Source: Chamaesiphon sp.
Lineage (GTDB): Bacteria > Cyanobacteriota > Cyanobacteriia > Cyanobacteriales > Chamaesiphonaceae
DNA length: 64,000 nt
NCBI GenBank assembly: GCA_965246715.1
Contig: CBDFFH010000005.1
Span: 1 to 64,000 of the forward strand
Direction of reading: 5' to 3'
This document shows, piece after piece, positions 20,916 through 30,801 of the stretch. Every line of letters starts with the position of its first letter. The first letter of the stretch is position 1. The notes under the pieces are model-generated. The model had not been told where the DNA came from. It made no database searches and worked only from the letters and a program-made list of their open reading frames with translations. A program made the translations under genes and the position numbers.

Positions 20916-21742
20916 TACTGACTGCTGTAATTTTCAACAAAATCGATCGGAATCGCCCAACTATAACTATCGATCTGTTCCTGTAATTTAGCGTTTACTT
21001 TGGTGCCGTCTTCGAGTGTCTCCGCGACATCCCACAGCGGATTGGCATGAATGCCATTAATTCCCACTAGATTGCCGTCCCCATCGACCAATGGCCCCCC
21101 ACTCATCCCCTTGCGGACGGCATTGTCCGAGCCGATTTGATAGCCACCAGTAATCGCTACGGGTAAGATTTGGGTAATTTTACCATCGGCGATCGTCAGT
21201 CCCGATACTTTTGTGGGTACATTTTGCGAATTGGCAGGTGTAGCAGTAGTGTCATCGAGTGGAAATCCCGCTGCCCACACCAGCGTACTGATTTTGGGGC
21301 TGACGGTGGCTAATGTAGCTGGAGTATAGGCACGATCGCTTTGAAAACGTAGCATGCTCAAGTCCCGATTTTGGCGAGAAGGTGGGGGAATTAACGCAGC
21401 CGCATAAATTTGGCCATCAGGGGTTTGAATTTTAAACGGTGCGCTGGCCGCTTGAATCACATGAGCATTAGTAACGACAGTATAAACTCGCTCATGTTTG
21501 GTCAGCAATACTCCAGAACCGATCGATTCGCCGTTGGCCATAATTTTTATCGATATCGATCGAATCTGTTGCCGCAATCGTTGTTGTTGCTCGCTCGACT
21601 CTGGCACCATCACTGGTTTGGATAACAAACCAGGCAATATCAACAGCATCAAACTGGCGACGCAGAAGATCGGTACTGCTCTAATAAGCCAGTATTGCCA
21701 CTTACTAAAATTCGGGCGATCGGGGGGAGTGCGCTTAGACAT
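20915..21742 (-). CDS. Trypsin-like (S1) serine protease, membrane anchored
   Basis: GSGV, TNAHV, DLSML, GMSGGPL, LVGING. Confidence 0.88.
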   Translation of the reverse strand: MSKRTPPDRPNFSKWQYWLIRAVPIFCVASLMLLILPGLLSKPVMVPESSEQQQRLRQQIRSISIKIMANGESIGSGVLLTKHERVYTVVTNAHVIQAASAPFKIQTPDGQIYAAALIPPPSRQNRDLSMLRFQSDRAYTPATLATVSPKISTLVWAAGFPLDDTTATPANSQNVPTKVSGLTIADGKITQILPVAITGGYQIGSDNAVRKGMSGGPLVDGDGNLVGINGIHANPLWDVAETLEDGTKVNAKLQEQIDSYSWAIPIDFVENYSSQ

Positions 21743-21858
21743 CTAGACATTAGGATAGGATCGGCGGAAAACCGTAGTCATGTAAATATGTATTTCATGG
21801 CTGATGTTCTACGATAAAGAGTAGTGCCTTTCGTGAATTACCATCAGGATCGAACAAC

Positions 21859-22659
21859 ATGCTGGAACTATATCAATTTGAATTGTCGCAATTTTCGGAG
21901 AAAGTTAGATTAGTTCTAGACTACAAAGGGTTAGCATACCGCAAAATCGAAGTCGTACCTGGCGTAGGACAACTAGAATTATTCCGGATGTCCGGACAAG
22001 GCAAAGTCCCGGTCTTAAAAGATGGCAATACTATCATTGCCGATTCTACGTCGATCGCGTTGTATTTGGACGGACTCTATCCCGATCGACCGATTATCCC
22101 CACCGATCCTCAGCAAAAAGCTACCTGTCTGCTACTAGAGCAGTGGGCTGACGATGCGATCGGTACCAAAGGCCGCAATGTTCTGCTCGAAGGTCTCAAA
22201 AATAGCAATCTGCGGACTTCTATTTTACCCACGGGCACGCCCGATTTAGTGAGAAATTTAGTCGGCTCGATTCCCCGCGAAGCTCTGGATGTGTTGGGAT
22301 TAGGGGTGGGTTTGACTCCAGAAGCCATTCGGGCCGCTAAAGCTGAAATGCACCGCAGTCTAGAATCAATCTGTTTATTGTTAGCTCAACATCCTTATCT
22401 AACCGGCGATACACCTACTCTTGCAGACTTGACAGTCGCTGGATTGAGTCTGGTACTCAAGATTCCTGAAGGCCCTTATCTCAATATCCCCGCACAGCTC
22501 AAAGGTAAGGGGATTCCAGGCTTTGCCGATAATCCCGATTACGATCTGTTCTTTACCTGGCGCGATCGGCTCTATGCAGATTTCCGCAGACCGCACACAC
22601 CAAATATTAATAATTCTGGCACGGCACCTGTTACACCAACGACGATTGCGATCGATTAG
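21859..22659 (+). CDS. Glutathione S-transferase family protein
   Basis: YQFELSQFSEKVRL, GKVPVL.DG..IADS, YLTGDTPTLADL. Confidence 0.88.
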   Translation: MLELYQFELSQFSEKVRLVLDYKGLAYRKIEVVPGVGQLELFRMSGQGKVPVLKDGNTIIADSTSIALYLDGLYPDRPIIPTDPQQKATCLLLEQWADDAIGTKGRNVLLEGLKNSNLRTSILPTGTPDLVRNLVGSIPREALDVLGLGVGLTPEAIRAAKAEMHRSLESICLLLAQHPYLTGDTPTLADLTVAGLSLVLKIPEGPYLNIPAQLKGKGIPGFADNPDYDLFFTWRDRLYADFRRPHTPNINNSGTAPVTPTTIAID

Positions 22660-22662
22660 TTA

Positions 22663-22815
22663 ACCCAAGTTGCTACCTATAAATTGCCTACGATTGAAAT
22701 TGTGGCTAATGATGCAAAGTTCGCCTTCGCGGACTAATAAACTAGTCCGCGAAGGCGGACTTTGCAATCTGAGGAGCGGTTTCTAACCGCTTTGATTATG
22801 GGTAGCAACTTAGGT
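22663..22815. mobile_element. MITE family B copy 1, 153 bp, TIR ACCCAAGTTGCTACC, 6-bp TSD TAGTTA
   Basis: TSD at 22657-22662 and 22816-22821; internal inverted AGTCCGCGAAGGCGGACTTTG pair. Confidence 0.88.
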
Positions 22816-22878
22816 TAGTTACTAAACTGCTAACACCAAAAATCTAGTGTCGGTGGATCGGCAATAATCATCAGCTTA

Positions 22879-22915
22879 AATCAGGGAGTCAAGCTAATCG
22901 AGCGACTCCCTGATT
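22879..22915. repeat. Intergenic hairpin
   Basis: AATCAGGGAGTC...GACTCCCTGATT, 12-bp perfect stem. Confidence 0.5.
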
Positions 22916-23019
22916 AGCTCTTGTAAATCGAGTTAATCAAGAAATTAGCTAATCTTTACGCATCGCGTTTTTGTTCGATCGATCGCTCCAGACTTTTATC
23001 AAAAACTATTATAACGATC

Positions 23020-23760
23020 GTGCAAATATTTAGCAGCTTCATCTCACTCATATTAATCCTAGTTTTAACGATCGCAATTCCAGGCTGTACGACGATCGAA
23101 CCTGGCGAGGTCGGTGTCAAATCTACGTTAGGACAACTCAATATCGAACCGTTAAATTCCGGTCTGCATGTCACGATTCCCGGTCTCGATACTTGGGCAA
23201 TTTATTCCACCCGAACTGTTGCGCTCGCTGAGGAGTTTGCGACATTAACTAAAGACGGACAAGCGGTAAAAGTTACAGGTATTGCCGAGTATTCTATCAA
23301 TCCAGCTAAAGCACCATCCATCTACAAAAATTTAGGAACTTCAGCAAATGATGTGCAAAACAAGGTAATCAATCCAGTACTATTGAGCGCGGTAAAAATT
23401 CAGGTAGCTGATAAAGATTTGAGTTCGGTAATCAGCGATCAAAATGGTCTGTCTAGCGCGATCGTCGATGATATCAATCTGCAACTTAAAGAAAATGAAT
23501 ATGTTAACTTTGATTCGTTCAAAGTAACAGGAATCGTCCTAGATCCGCAAGTGCAAAGCTCGATCGAACGCAAGCAAATTGCCAAGCAGGAATTAGAACG
23601 TAAATCTACAGAAATTCAAATTGCTGAAGGGGAAGTCAAACGATTGAATATCTTAAAAGGTGGGATCAGCGATCTGACGATTAAGCAAGATTTCGTAAAC
23701 AAGTGGGATGGCAAAACACCGATCGGTGGCAATATCATTATCGATGCTACGAGTAATTGA
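23020..23760 (+). CDS. SPFH/prohibitin (band 7) family protein
   Basis: TTIEPGEVGV..LG, GLH..IP, TKDGQ.V, SIERKQIAKQE. Confidence 0.88.
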   Translation: MQIFSSFISLILILVLTIAIPGCTTIEPGEVGVKSTLGQLNIEPLNSGLHVTIPGLDTWAIYSTRTVALAEEFATLTKDGQAVKVTGIAEYSINPAKAPSIYKNLGTSANDVQNKVINPVLLSAVKIQVADKDLSSVISDQNGLSSAIVDDINLQLKENEYVNFDSFKVTGIVLDPQVQSSIERKQIAKQELERKSTEIQIAEGEVKRLNILKGGISDLTIKQDFVNKWDGKTPIGGNIIIDATSN

Positions 23761-23843
23761 CGATCGACTACAGCAACATCCCTTTGATTAATGCGATCGA
23801 TCGGAACGATAGCGATTAAATCGCGGCTACACAACCATAATTA

Positions 23844-23994
23844 ACCTGAGTTCGGGATAAGAGTTGCCTCGAGACTGGAAGTCTCGGCTTGTGTGTGATG
23901 CATAGTCCGCGCAGGCGGACTTTGTAACGTTAGCCCCGATTTTAATCGGCGGCGGTGCTGGAACGAAGCCAATATCCTTAAACCGAACTGACGT
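23844..23994. mobile_element. MITE family A copy, 151 bp, 6-bp TSD TAATTA
   Basis: Ends ACCTGAGTTCGG / CCGAACTGACGT; TAATTA at 23838-23843 and 23995-24000; internal AGTCCGCGCAGGCGGACTTTG hairpin. Confidence 0.85.
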
Positions 23995-23997
23995 TAA

Positions 23998-24861
23998 TTA
24001 ACTAAATCGGCTCGAGTTATGCGATCTTACCCAGTCGATTAAATCGGCAACAACCACAGCGCGTTCCGGTTCGTTAAAGATTTCGTGATACAAGCCTGAA
24101 TATAATTTCAGCGATTTATCCACAGAACTAATTCCCGGATACAATTGCTCGCTGTGAGTTACCCCCGCAATTCCGTCGTTAGTCCCATGCATGATGAGAA
24201 TGGGCAAATAGATCTCGCGCTGACGCACTCTAATATATTGAATATTTGCAAAAATCTCTGCCAAAGTCCTGAGTGGCATTGGAGATCGATCGACTAATGG
24301 ATCTTCAATATATGTCCCGACGATCGCCACATCGCGCGAAAGTTGACTGGTATCGATTTTAAACGTTGATAACTTCGGTAGCAACCGACCGATCGATCCA
24401 ACTAGGTTCACCACGATTGGCGGAGGAGGATCTTTGTCGCGCTGTCCCAAAAATGGTGCGGAGAGAATTAAACCTTGGAAGGCGGGTTTGTACTCGATCG
24501 TATATCTGAGCGCAATTGCCCCACCCAAACTATGTCCGAGCAAAAATACGTCAAGATTTTGCGACTTTTGGCGGAGCTGTGTCAAAAATAGATCTAGGTC
24601 TGTCAGATAATCATTAATAGACTCGACATAACAGCGATCGCCACCAGATTTTCCATGTCCACGTAAGTCAAAGCTATACACGGCAAAACCCGAGCGGACG
24701 AAATCGGTGGCAACGCGGGTATAACGTCCACTATGTTCGCCATATCCATGCACGAGCGCGATAATTGCCCGTGCTGAAGCAGCTGCGGGTTGCCAAGACT
24801 GTTGGTAAATCTCGGTACGATCGGTTGCTAGAAATATACCTTCATCGTGTTGGATTTGCAT
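23998..24861 (-). CDS. Alpha/beta hydrolase (monoglyceride lipase/lysophospholipase type)
   Basis: VHGYGEH, DLRGHGKS, GHSLGG nucleophile, HEIFNEPE. Confidence 0.9.
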   Translation of the reverse strand: MQIQHDEGIFLATDRTEIYQQSWQPAAASARAIIALVHGYGEHSGRYTRVATDFVRSGFAVYSFDLRGHGKSGGDRCYVESINDYLTDLDLFLTQLRQKSQNLDVFLLGHSLGGAIALRYTIEYKPAFQGLILSAPFLGQRDKDPPPPIVVNLVGSIGRLLPKLSTFKIDTSQLSRDVAIVGTYIEDPLVDRSPMPLRTLAEIFANIQYIRVRQREIYLPILIMHGTNDGIAGVTHSEQLYPGISSVDKSLKLYSGLYHEIFNEPERAVVVADLIDWVRSHNSSRFS

Positions 24862-24866
24862 AAATA

Positions 24867-25019
24867 ACCCAAGTTGCTACCTATTTCTTGCCTGCGACTG
24901 AAGTCGCGGCTAATGATGCGAAGTCCGCCTTCGCGGACTGAATTATTAGTCCGCGAAGGCGGACTTTGCACTCCGAGCGGCGGTTTCTAACCGCTGGGGT
25001 TATGGGTAGCAACTTGGGT
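24867..25019. mobile_element. MITE family B copy 2, 153 bp, 6-bp TSD TAAATA
   Basis: ACCCAAGTTGCTACC ... GGTAGCAACTTGGGT; TSD at 24861-24866 and 25020-25025. Confidence 0.9.
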
Positions 25020-25062
25020 TAAATATGTCGGGGTAAGCCTCGTGCTTACCCTTAGCGCCAGA

Positions 25063-26091
25063 TTATTGGGGAATACCAATCAAAGATCGATCGCCTGGAA
25101 CTACCTTCCCGATCGCATCTGCGTCGATCTGTTGCGATTTGAAAAACGCGATCGCGTCGCTGACGGCATGTGCGGGGACGATGACGACATAACCGATACC
25201 CATATTAAAAGTATTAAACATATCCACTGCTGCGACATTGCCAGCTTCCGCCAGCCATTTGAAGGCAGCAGGAAGTTGCCAACTATTAATGTCGATCTCG
25301 ATCGATCGATCCGCACCCAGACAGCGCGGTAAATTTTCTGGCAGCCCACCGCCCGTAATATGTGCCATGCCGTGGATCGGTAATTGTTGCGAGATCGCCG
25401 CTAAAATCGGCTGCACATAGATCTGTGTCGGCTTGAGGTAAACGGTACCCAAATTTTCCCCACCGAACAGACTGGGCGTATCCTGCCACTTGTAGCCGCC
25501 ATCGTTGACGATCTTCCGCACCAAGCTATAGCCATTACTATGAATGCCACTGCTGGCTAACCCGATCGCTACATCGCCAACTTGGATCTGCGCACCATCG
25601 ATCAACTGGCTCTTTTCCGCAATCCCGACAGCAAAGCCAGCTAGATCGTACTCACCCGACTGATAAAATCCTGGCATCTCTGCCGTCTCGCCACCTAGCA
25701 GCGCGCAGCCAGCTTGACGACAACCATCAGCAATCCCCGCGACTACCTGAGTGAGTTGAGTCGAGTTGAGTTTGCCTGTAGCTAAATAATCGAGGAAATA
25801 TAACGGTTCTGCGCCGCAGGTGAGAATATCATTGACGCACATCGCTACTAAGTCGATCCCGATCGATCCATGATTGTCTAATTCCTGCGCGATTTTGAGC
25901 TTCGTCCCCACTCCATCCGTCCCAGATACTAGGACTGGTTGCCGATAGCCAGCAGGTAACTCAAACCAGCCGCTAAAGCCGCCTAAACCGCCCAAAACTC
26001 CCGGACGGTGGGTGCTGTGGACGAGGTTTTTGATGTTTTCGACAAACGCCCTTCCCGCAACAACATCGACACCTGCTTGTTGATAATCCAT
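25063..26091 (-). CDS. purM: Phosphoribosylformylglycinamidine cyclo-ligase (AIR synthase)
   Basis: MDYQQAGVD start; [40 protein letters not shown]. Confidence 0.97.
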   Translation of the reverse strand: MDYQQAGVDVVAGRAFVENIKNLVHSTHRPGVLGGLGGFSGWFELPAGYRQPVLVSGTDGVGTKLKIAQELDNHGSIGIDLVAMCVNDILTCGAEPLYFLDYLATGKLNSTQLTQVVAGIADGCRQAGCALLGGETAEMPGFYQSGEYDLAGFAVGIAEKSQLIDGAQIQVGDVAIGLASSGIHSNGYSLVRKIVNDGGYKWQDTPSLFGGENLGTVYLKPTQIYVQPILAAISQQLPIHGMAHITGGGLPENLPRCLGADRSIEIDINSWQLPAAFKWLAEAGNVAAVDMFNTFNMGIGYVVIVPAHAVSDAIAFFKSQQIDADAIGKVVPGDRSLIGIPQ

Positions 26092-26678
26092 AGCTTGCTC
26101 ATACACGATCGGCACAGGTATTCTACAGCGATTGCTTTCCTGACAGCAAACTCTTGACAAATCGGCTCTATTTCCCTGAGAGTCAGACATCTACGAGATC
26201 GATCGATAATTATATTGAAAGATTCGATCGTTAATATAGTGCTTGAATTTTCGATCGATCGATTAGATAAATAATTTAAATAATAATTTCTTGAATTTCT
26301 AGCAAATAGCTATCGATTAAATCAACCTGTCAACCCTATTTAGAACCAAAAAGTATTTAAATAATATATGCGAAGAAATGTAACATATCACTTTTCCTGA
26401 TGAAAAAATGCTGGGGATCGGGTCGCTCAAAGCAAGATTGGGTGGGGATCGGTTGCGATTAGACTGGAAAATCGACCTTTTCTGCTGGCATATCAGAGCC
26501 AATTTGTCAACGATCTTCACCGATATTTTTGCGGAAAACTTCGTGTTATGGTATACCCAGCGTTCCTCACACCGAGGTGAATACGGAACAAGTATGAGAC
26601 TTTGGCAGGTAAATTACTCCCAAAAAATGTGACTACCAAGCCAAAATTTCAAAGATAAAAACGTTTCACAATAGGCAT

Positions 26679-27149
26679 ATGAATTACCAAACTTTAACTG
26701 GATTAACCGCTCTCGTAGCAACGACATTGGCATTATCTACAGCAGCCTCTGCTAATGTATCAGTTAACTCCAGCCAAGCTTCAATTTCCAGCGAATCGAG
26801 ACAGTTAATCGCTCAATCTGTCGGCCAAGCTTCTTTCTATGGCAACGAACCAGGTGAAGGCGGCCCTCAAACGGCTAATGGGGAAAGATACAATCCAGGT
26901 GGATTGACAGCCGCTCACCGCACTCTTCCTTTCGGTACCAGAGTTCGGGTTACCAGCGCTCGCACCGGACGTTCGGTTGTAGTTCGCATCAACGATCGCG
27001 GCCCCTTTCATGGCAACAGAATTATCGACCTTTCTACTGGCGCAGCTCGAGCGATCGGTTTGACCGAATCTGGTGTCGGTGGTGTCCGGCTCGACGTTTT
27101 AGGTGGTGGTGAAGGTGGCGGTCGTCGTCATAGTCGTCGCAATCGCTAA
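26679..27149 (+). CDS. rlpA: Septal ring lytic transglycosylase RlpA family (short form)
   Basis: ASFYG, TANGE, TAAHRTLPFGT, VRINDRGPF, IIDLS. Confidence 0.9.
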   Translation: MNYQTLTGLTALVATTLALSTAASANVSVNSSQASISSESRQLIAQSVGQASFYGNEPGEGGPQTANGERYNPGGLTAAHRTLPFGTRVRVTSARTGRSVVVRINDRGPFHGNRIIDLSTGAARAIGLTESGVGGVRLDVLGGGEGGGRRHSRRNR

Positions 27150-27416
27150 ATAACAGTTAGAAATCTTAACTTTAAGGGCACACTATCTAATATACTGAGT
27201 GGAAAATTCAGCCATTGTAACTAGAAAAGTAATTAAACCGCTCAATTTTGCAGGTTAGATTGCTTTCTTACTTGGTAAATTCACTAGCATCCGACTCCAT
27301 CGGATGTTCGGATCGGCCCAATTACCAGATTTAAGCATCGAGATGCCACCAAGGGCAGCGATCTCCATTGTGGCTCGGTCTTCAGTAACTAAATATTGTT
27401 TCTCCTTAGGAAAGAT

Positions 27417-28751
27417 ATGAATCAATACCGTTGGACTTGTCTGACTACACTAGTTTTCACGACTGTTTTAGCGCCGATTGCTACAGTTCATGCCAAGACG
27501 CTGACAGCTCCAGCGCTAGGATCTCGGGATAACCAAGTTCCGCTCTCGTCACCATCGCTACCGATCGTGACACCGCTGACAGTAACTGAACTCCAAACTG
27601 ATGTAGCAGTCCCAGCGGTAACCCGTGTGGTGCCATCAGTGAGCCAATTACCGGTGGTGAAGCCTGCGCCTAGCGCAATCGTCAAGCCGATAGCTGTTGC
27701 CAACCGAACTGTCGCTGAAGGTAGTGAATTTTCGCTCCAGCAGAAGTTTCCCACCGCTCAGTCATATCCCGCACAAATATCGGCGACAAAATTCGTTCCG
27801 ACAAATATCAGCTTCAATCCTCATCTCAAAGCGATCGATTCCTCAGTAACAGCTGATGAAGATCGCGTTGTCGGCTCATTGCCTCAGCTCGAAGAAGCTA
27901 GAGTGGCAAAAGTGCAGTTACTAGCACCAGCACCCCAGCCGCAAACTTTTACCTCATTTACCACTCACAAGATTGCGACACCAATTGCGGTAGTTCGACA
28001 GGATGGTACGCAATCCGAGCCGATCGTTAACTCAGCTTCAGCTCAAGCTGAAATTGTTAATTTACCTCAACCCGTACCGAGTGTTACCCCACTTAACAGC
28101 GGTGTTGCCACAGCAACTTATAGACCAGAAATCGTTCCGCTACCACAACCAGCCCCGATTGTTACGGTGGTAGAAGATCGTGCCCAATTGCCCAGCTTTG
28201 AAGCAGGAGCGCCCGTATTTATCTTTGACAACGAGCGACCCCAACAAATCGTGACTACCACGATCGCGCAAATTGGCGATACGACAGTAGCGGCAGAGCC
28301 AAGTATTGCAATTCCCGTTCAACGTCCTAACCAGTCCACGCTGCCTACTCAGTCAGCGCTGCCAGATCGCTCGTCGGCACAGCCGGAAACAACAGGCATC
28401 GTCACGATCGATATCCCAACTGAAACCCTCCAACCAGCACTCGAAAAAATTGTCGCCACTCACACTGGGAAAGCCTCTTGGTACGGCAGTGAAGGTGGTG
28501 CTAGAACTGCGAATGGCGAACGCTACAATCCTAACGGTTTGACAGCAGCACACCGCACTCTTCCCTTCGGTACCAAAGTCCGCGTTACTAGTCTCAAAAC
28601 TGGTAAATCGACGATCGTCCGGATTAACGATCGCGGCCCCTCTCTTCGGAGTCGGTCGATCGATCTCTCTGCTGGTGCTGCCGCAATCATCGGCATTAAA
28701 AATGATGGCATCGGGGATGTCAAAATGGAAGTTTTAGCGGATGAGGGATAG
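27417..28751 (+). CDS. rlpA: RlpA family protein with long P/T/V-rich N-terminal region
   Basis: C-terminal GKASWYG..TANGE..AAHRTLPFGT..RINDRGP; likely start MNQYR. Confidence 0.88.
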   Translation: MNQYRWTCLTTLVFTTVLAPIATVHAKTLTAPALGSRDNQVPLSSPSLPIVTPLTVTELQTDVAVPAVTRVVPSVSQLPVVKPAPSAIVKPIAVANRTVAEGSEFSLQQKFPTAQSYPAQISATKFVPTNISFNPHLKAIDSSVTADEDRVVGSLPQLEEARVAKVQLLAPAPQPQTFTSFTTHKIATPIAVVRQDGTQSEPIVNSASAQAEIVNLPQPVPSVTPLNSGVATATYRPEIVPLPQPAPIVTVVEDRAQLPSFEAGAPVFIFDNERPQQIVTTTIAQIGDTTVAAEPSIAIPVQRPNQSTLPTQSALPDRSSAQPETTGIVTIDIPTETLQPALEKIVATHTGKASWYGSEGGARTANGERYNPNGLTAAHRTLPFGTKVRVTSLKTGKSTIVRINDRGPSLRSRSIDLSAGAAAIIGIKNDGIGDVKMEVLADEG

Positions 28752-28865
28752 GGAAGATCGCAATTTTTTGCCACTTCCCCATTCATCAATTCACGATCGC
28801 ACAACCATAACTCCCTTTAACCCTGCGAGAATTGGAAGTAAGTACATCTCCAATTCTCGATTTAT

Positions 28866-30086
28866 ATGCCACAGCTACCTCGCCAGGTTTGGATTCTCGC
28901 TCTAGGCAGGTTGCTATCAGAAATCGGTAGCGGATTCACCATTTTTTACGCACCGATTTTTTTCGTGCAGCAAGTAGGATTGTCTGCGACATCCGTGGGA
29001 CTGGCATTAGGCAGTGCCTCAATTTCTGGTATCGCTGGACGGTTGATCAGTGGCAGCTATTCAGATCGGTGGGGACGCAAACCCGTGCTGCTGCTATCTA
29101 CGATCGTTTCCGCAATCTCCTGTTTTATTTTTGCTTCTACTCAAGATTTTTCTACTTTAGTCATCGGTTGTTTGGTTCAAGGCTTGGGACTAGGCTTGTA
29201 TTGGCCAGCAAATGAAGCGATCGTGGCCGATCTGACAACTGGCGAGCAGCGGCGGGTCGCTTATGCATTTACTCGCTTGGCCGATAATATCGGCATGGGG
29301 ATCGGGATTATTGCTGGGGGGCTGTCGATCGGGGCTACGGGTAGCTATCGCGGGTTATTTATCGTCGATGGGGTTTCCTTTTGTTGTTTTGCTTTGACTA
29401 TTATTCTGGCAATCAAAGAAACATTACAACAGGGTAAAGAACCGACAAATTTAATCGGTGGTTATCTCTCCGCATTGCGCGATCGACGCTTATTAGTTTA
29501 TGTGATGGTCAATATTATTTTCACCATTTATATCTCGCAAACTCAAACTACGCTGCCATTATATTTTAGTGATTTTATCGCTCAACCTCACGCGCGGGGC
29601 TTTGCGCCACAGGTCATCAGTACGCTATTTGCCGGATATTTATTGATGACGATCGTGTCTCAACTGCCGATCCTCAAATTCCTGCATCGTTTTAGTCACG
29701 CGCAAGCGTTGATGGTTTCAGGTGGTTTTTGGGTACTGGGTTTTGTCTGTATGACAATTACGGGAACTGTACTTAATTACCAACTATTTTGGGCGAGTGT
29801 AGGGTTGGGTGTATTTGCGATCGCGAATGTTGCTTATACGCCCACAGCTTCGGCTCTAATCGCCGATCTCGCACCTGCTGACCTCCGAGGCGTTTATACT
29901 TCAATTAACTCGCTCTGTTGGGCGGTAGGCTACGCTGTAGGGCCACCACTCGGTGGTTGGGCACTCGATCGATCTCCCCAATTCGCTCACAATTTTTGGC
30001 TGGGTTTGGCGGCCACGGTACCCTTAGTTTGGGCGATTTTAGCGTGGTTGGAACGATTGGTAAAAAGGGACTGCTTCGGTGATTAA
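28866..30086 (+). CDS. MFS transporter
   Basis: About 12 TM; motif A GSYSDRWGRKP. Confidence 0.9.
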   Translation: MPQLPRQVWILALGRLLSEIGSGFTIFYAPIFFVQQVGLSATSVGLALGSASISGIAGRLISGSYSDRWGRKPVLLLSTIVSAISCFIFASTQDFSTLVIGCLVQGLGLGLYWPANEAIVADLTTGEQRRVAYAFTRLADNIGMGIGIIAGGLSIGATGSYRGLFIVDGVSFCCFALTIILAIKETLQQGKEPTNLIGGYLSALRDRRLLVYVMVNIIFTIYISQTQTTLPLYFSDFIAQPHARGFAPQVISTLFAGYLLMTIVSQLPILKFLHRFSHAQALMVSGGFWVLGFVCMTITGTVLNYQLFWASVGLGVFAIANVAYTPTASALIADLAPADLRGVYTSINSLCWAVGYAVGPPLGGWALDRSPQFAHNFWLGLAATVPLVWAILAWLERLVKRDCFGD

Positions 30087-30326
30087 AACCCCAGGAATTG
30101 CTGAATTGAGGTGCGATCTGGCGATCGAGAGGAAAGTTGGCCAAAGACAACGAACAGAAAATTAGAGTCGATCGAATGTTGTCCATCTAGTTGTTGCTCG
30201 AGGTGTTGAGCAAGTTGTTAATTTGACTGATGAACGAGTGCATATTCTACGGTTCTTCGGTGATGCTTGTCGTCGCTACTATCCTCTCCCTGCACCAGAT
30301 TCCTAATTATTTCGCTCGCTCCCTAA

Positions 30327-30554
30327 TCAGCGGAATGTAGGATCGAACGTCCAGAAGTCATCCTCATCTTCGAGCGTCTCATGGTCATCGCCGAGCCAGC
30401 TATCGACGCTCTCGTGACGATCGATCGAGTCTCGATCGATAATTTTGCGTAATAAATTATCAAGGTTGTCAACTTGGATTGCGGTAATTTCTTCCCCATC
30501 AACGAATACATTATCGCTATCTTCACTGTTGATGGTTGCGTTAAGTAATATCAT
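30327..30554 (-). CDS. Small acidic hypothetical protein
   Basis: 75-aa ATG ORF, D/E-rich. Confidence 0.5.
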   Translation of the reverse strand: MILLNATINSEDSDNVFVDGEEITAIQVDNLDNLLRKIIDRDSIDRHESVDSWLGDDHETLEDEDDFWTFDPTFR

Positions 30555-30801
30555 TTTTTACTTTTCCTGTTATGTAAATAGACTTAAATTTGTTATTGCT
30601 AAGTTGCTAAATTGCTAGGTTGATACATAAAAAAGCGGTAACAAACAGAATGAATAGTCTTCAAATTAGCAGTTTCAGTAGGCGTAAAGCTTTCTCGTCA
30701 ATGGTCAGATCTAGTCGGATTAATTGAGGCGTATCCTATCTTGTTGAGAACGACAATTAATAACTAAATAATTATTAATTATTAATTGTCTACCTTTTTA
30801 T

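Noticed and set aside
23844..25019. Composite transposon carrying the hydrolase gene
   Set aside because: The two flanking MITEs are different families with separate TSDs, so they are independent insertions
26092..26190. 33-aa N-terminal extension of PurM in the ORF track
   Set aside because: Family-like sequence starts at MDYQQAG (26091); the extension is probably an ORF-caller artefact
26200..27416. Riboswitch (c-di-AMP or c-di-GMP) upstream of the rlpA genes
   Set aside because: Could not match the conserved motifs by eye; an Rfam/Infernal scan would be needed
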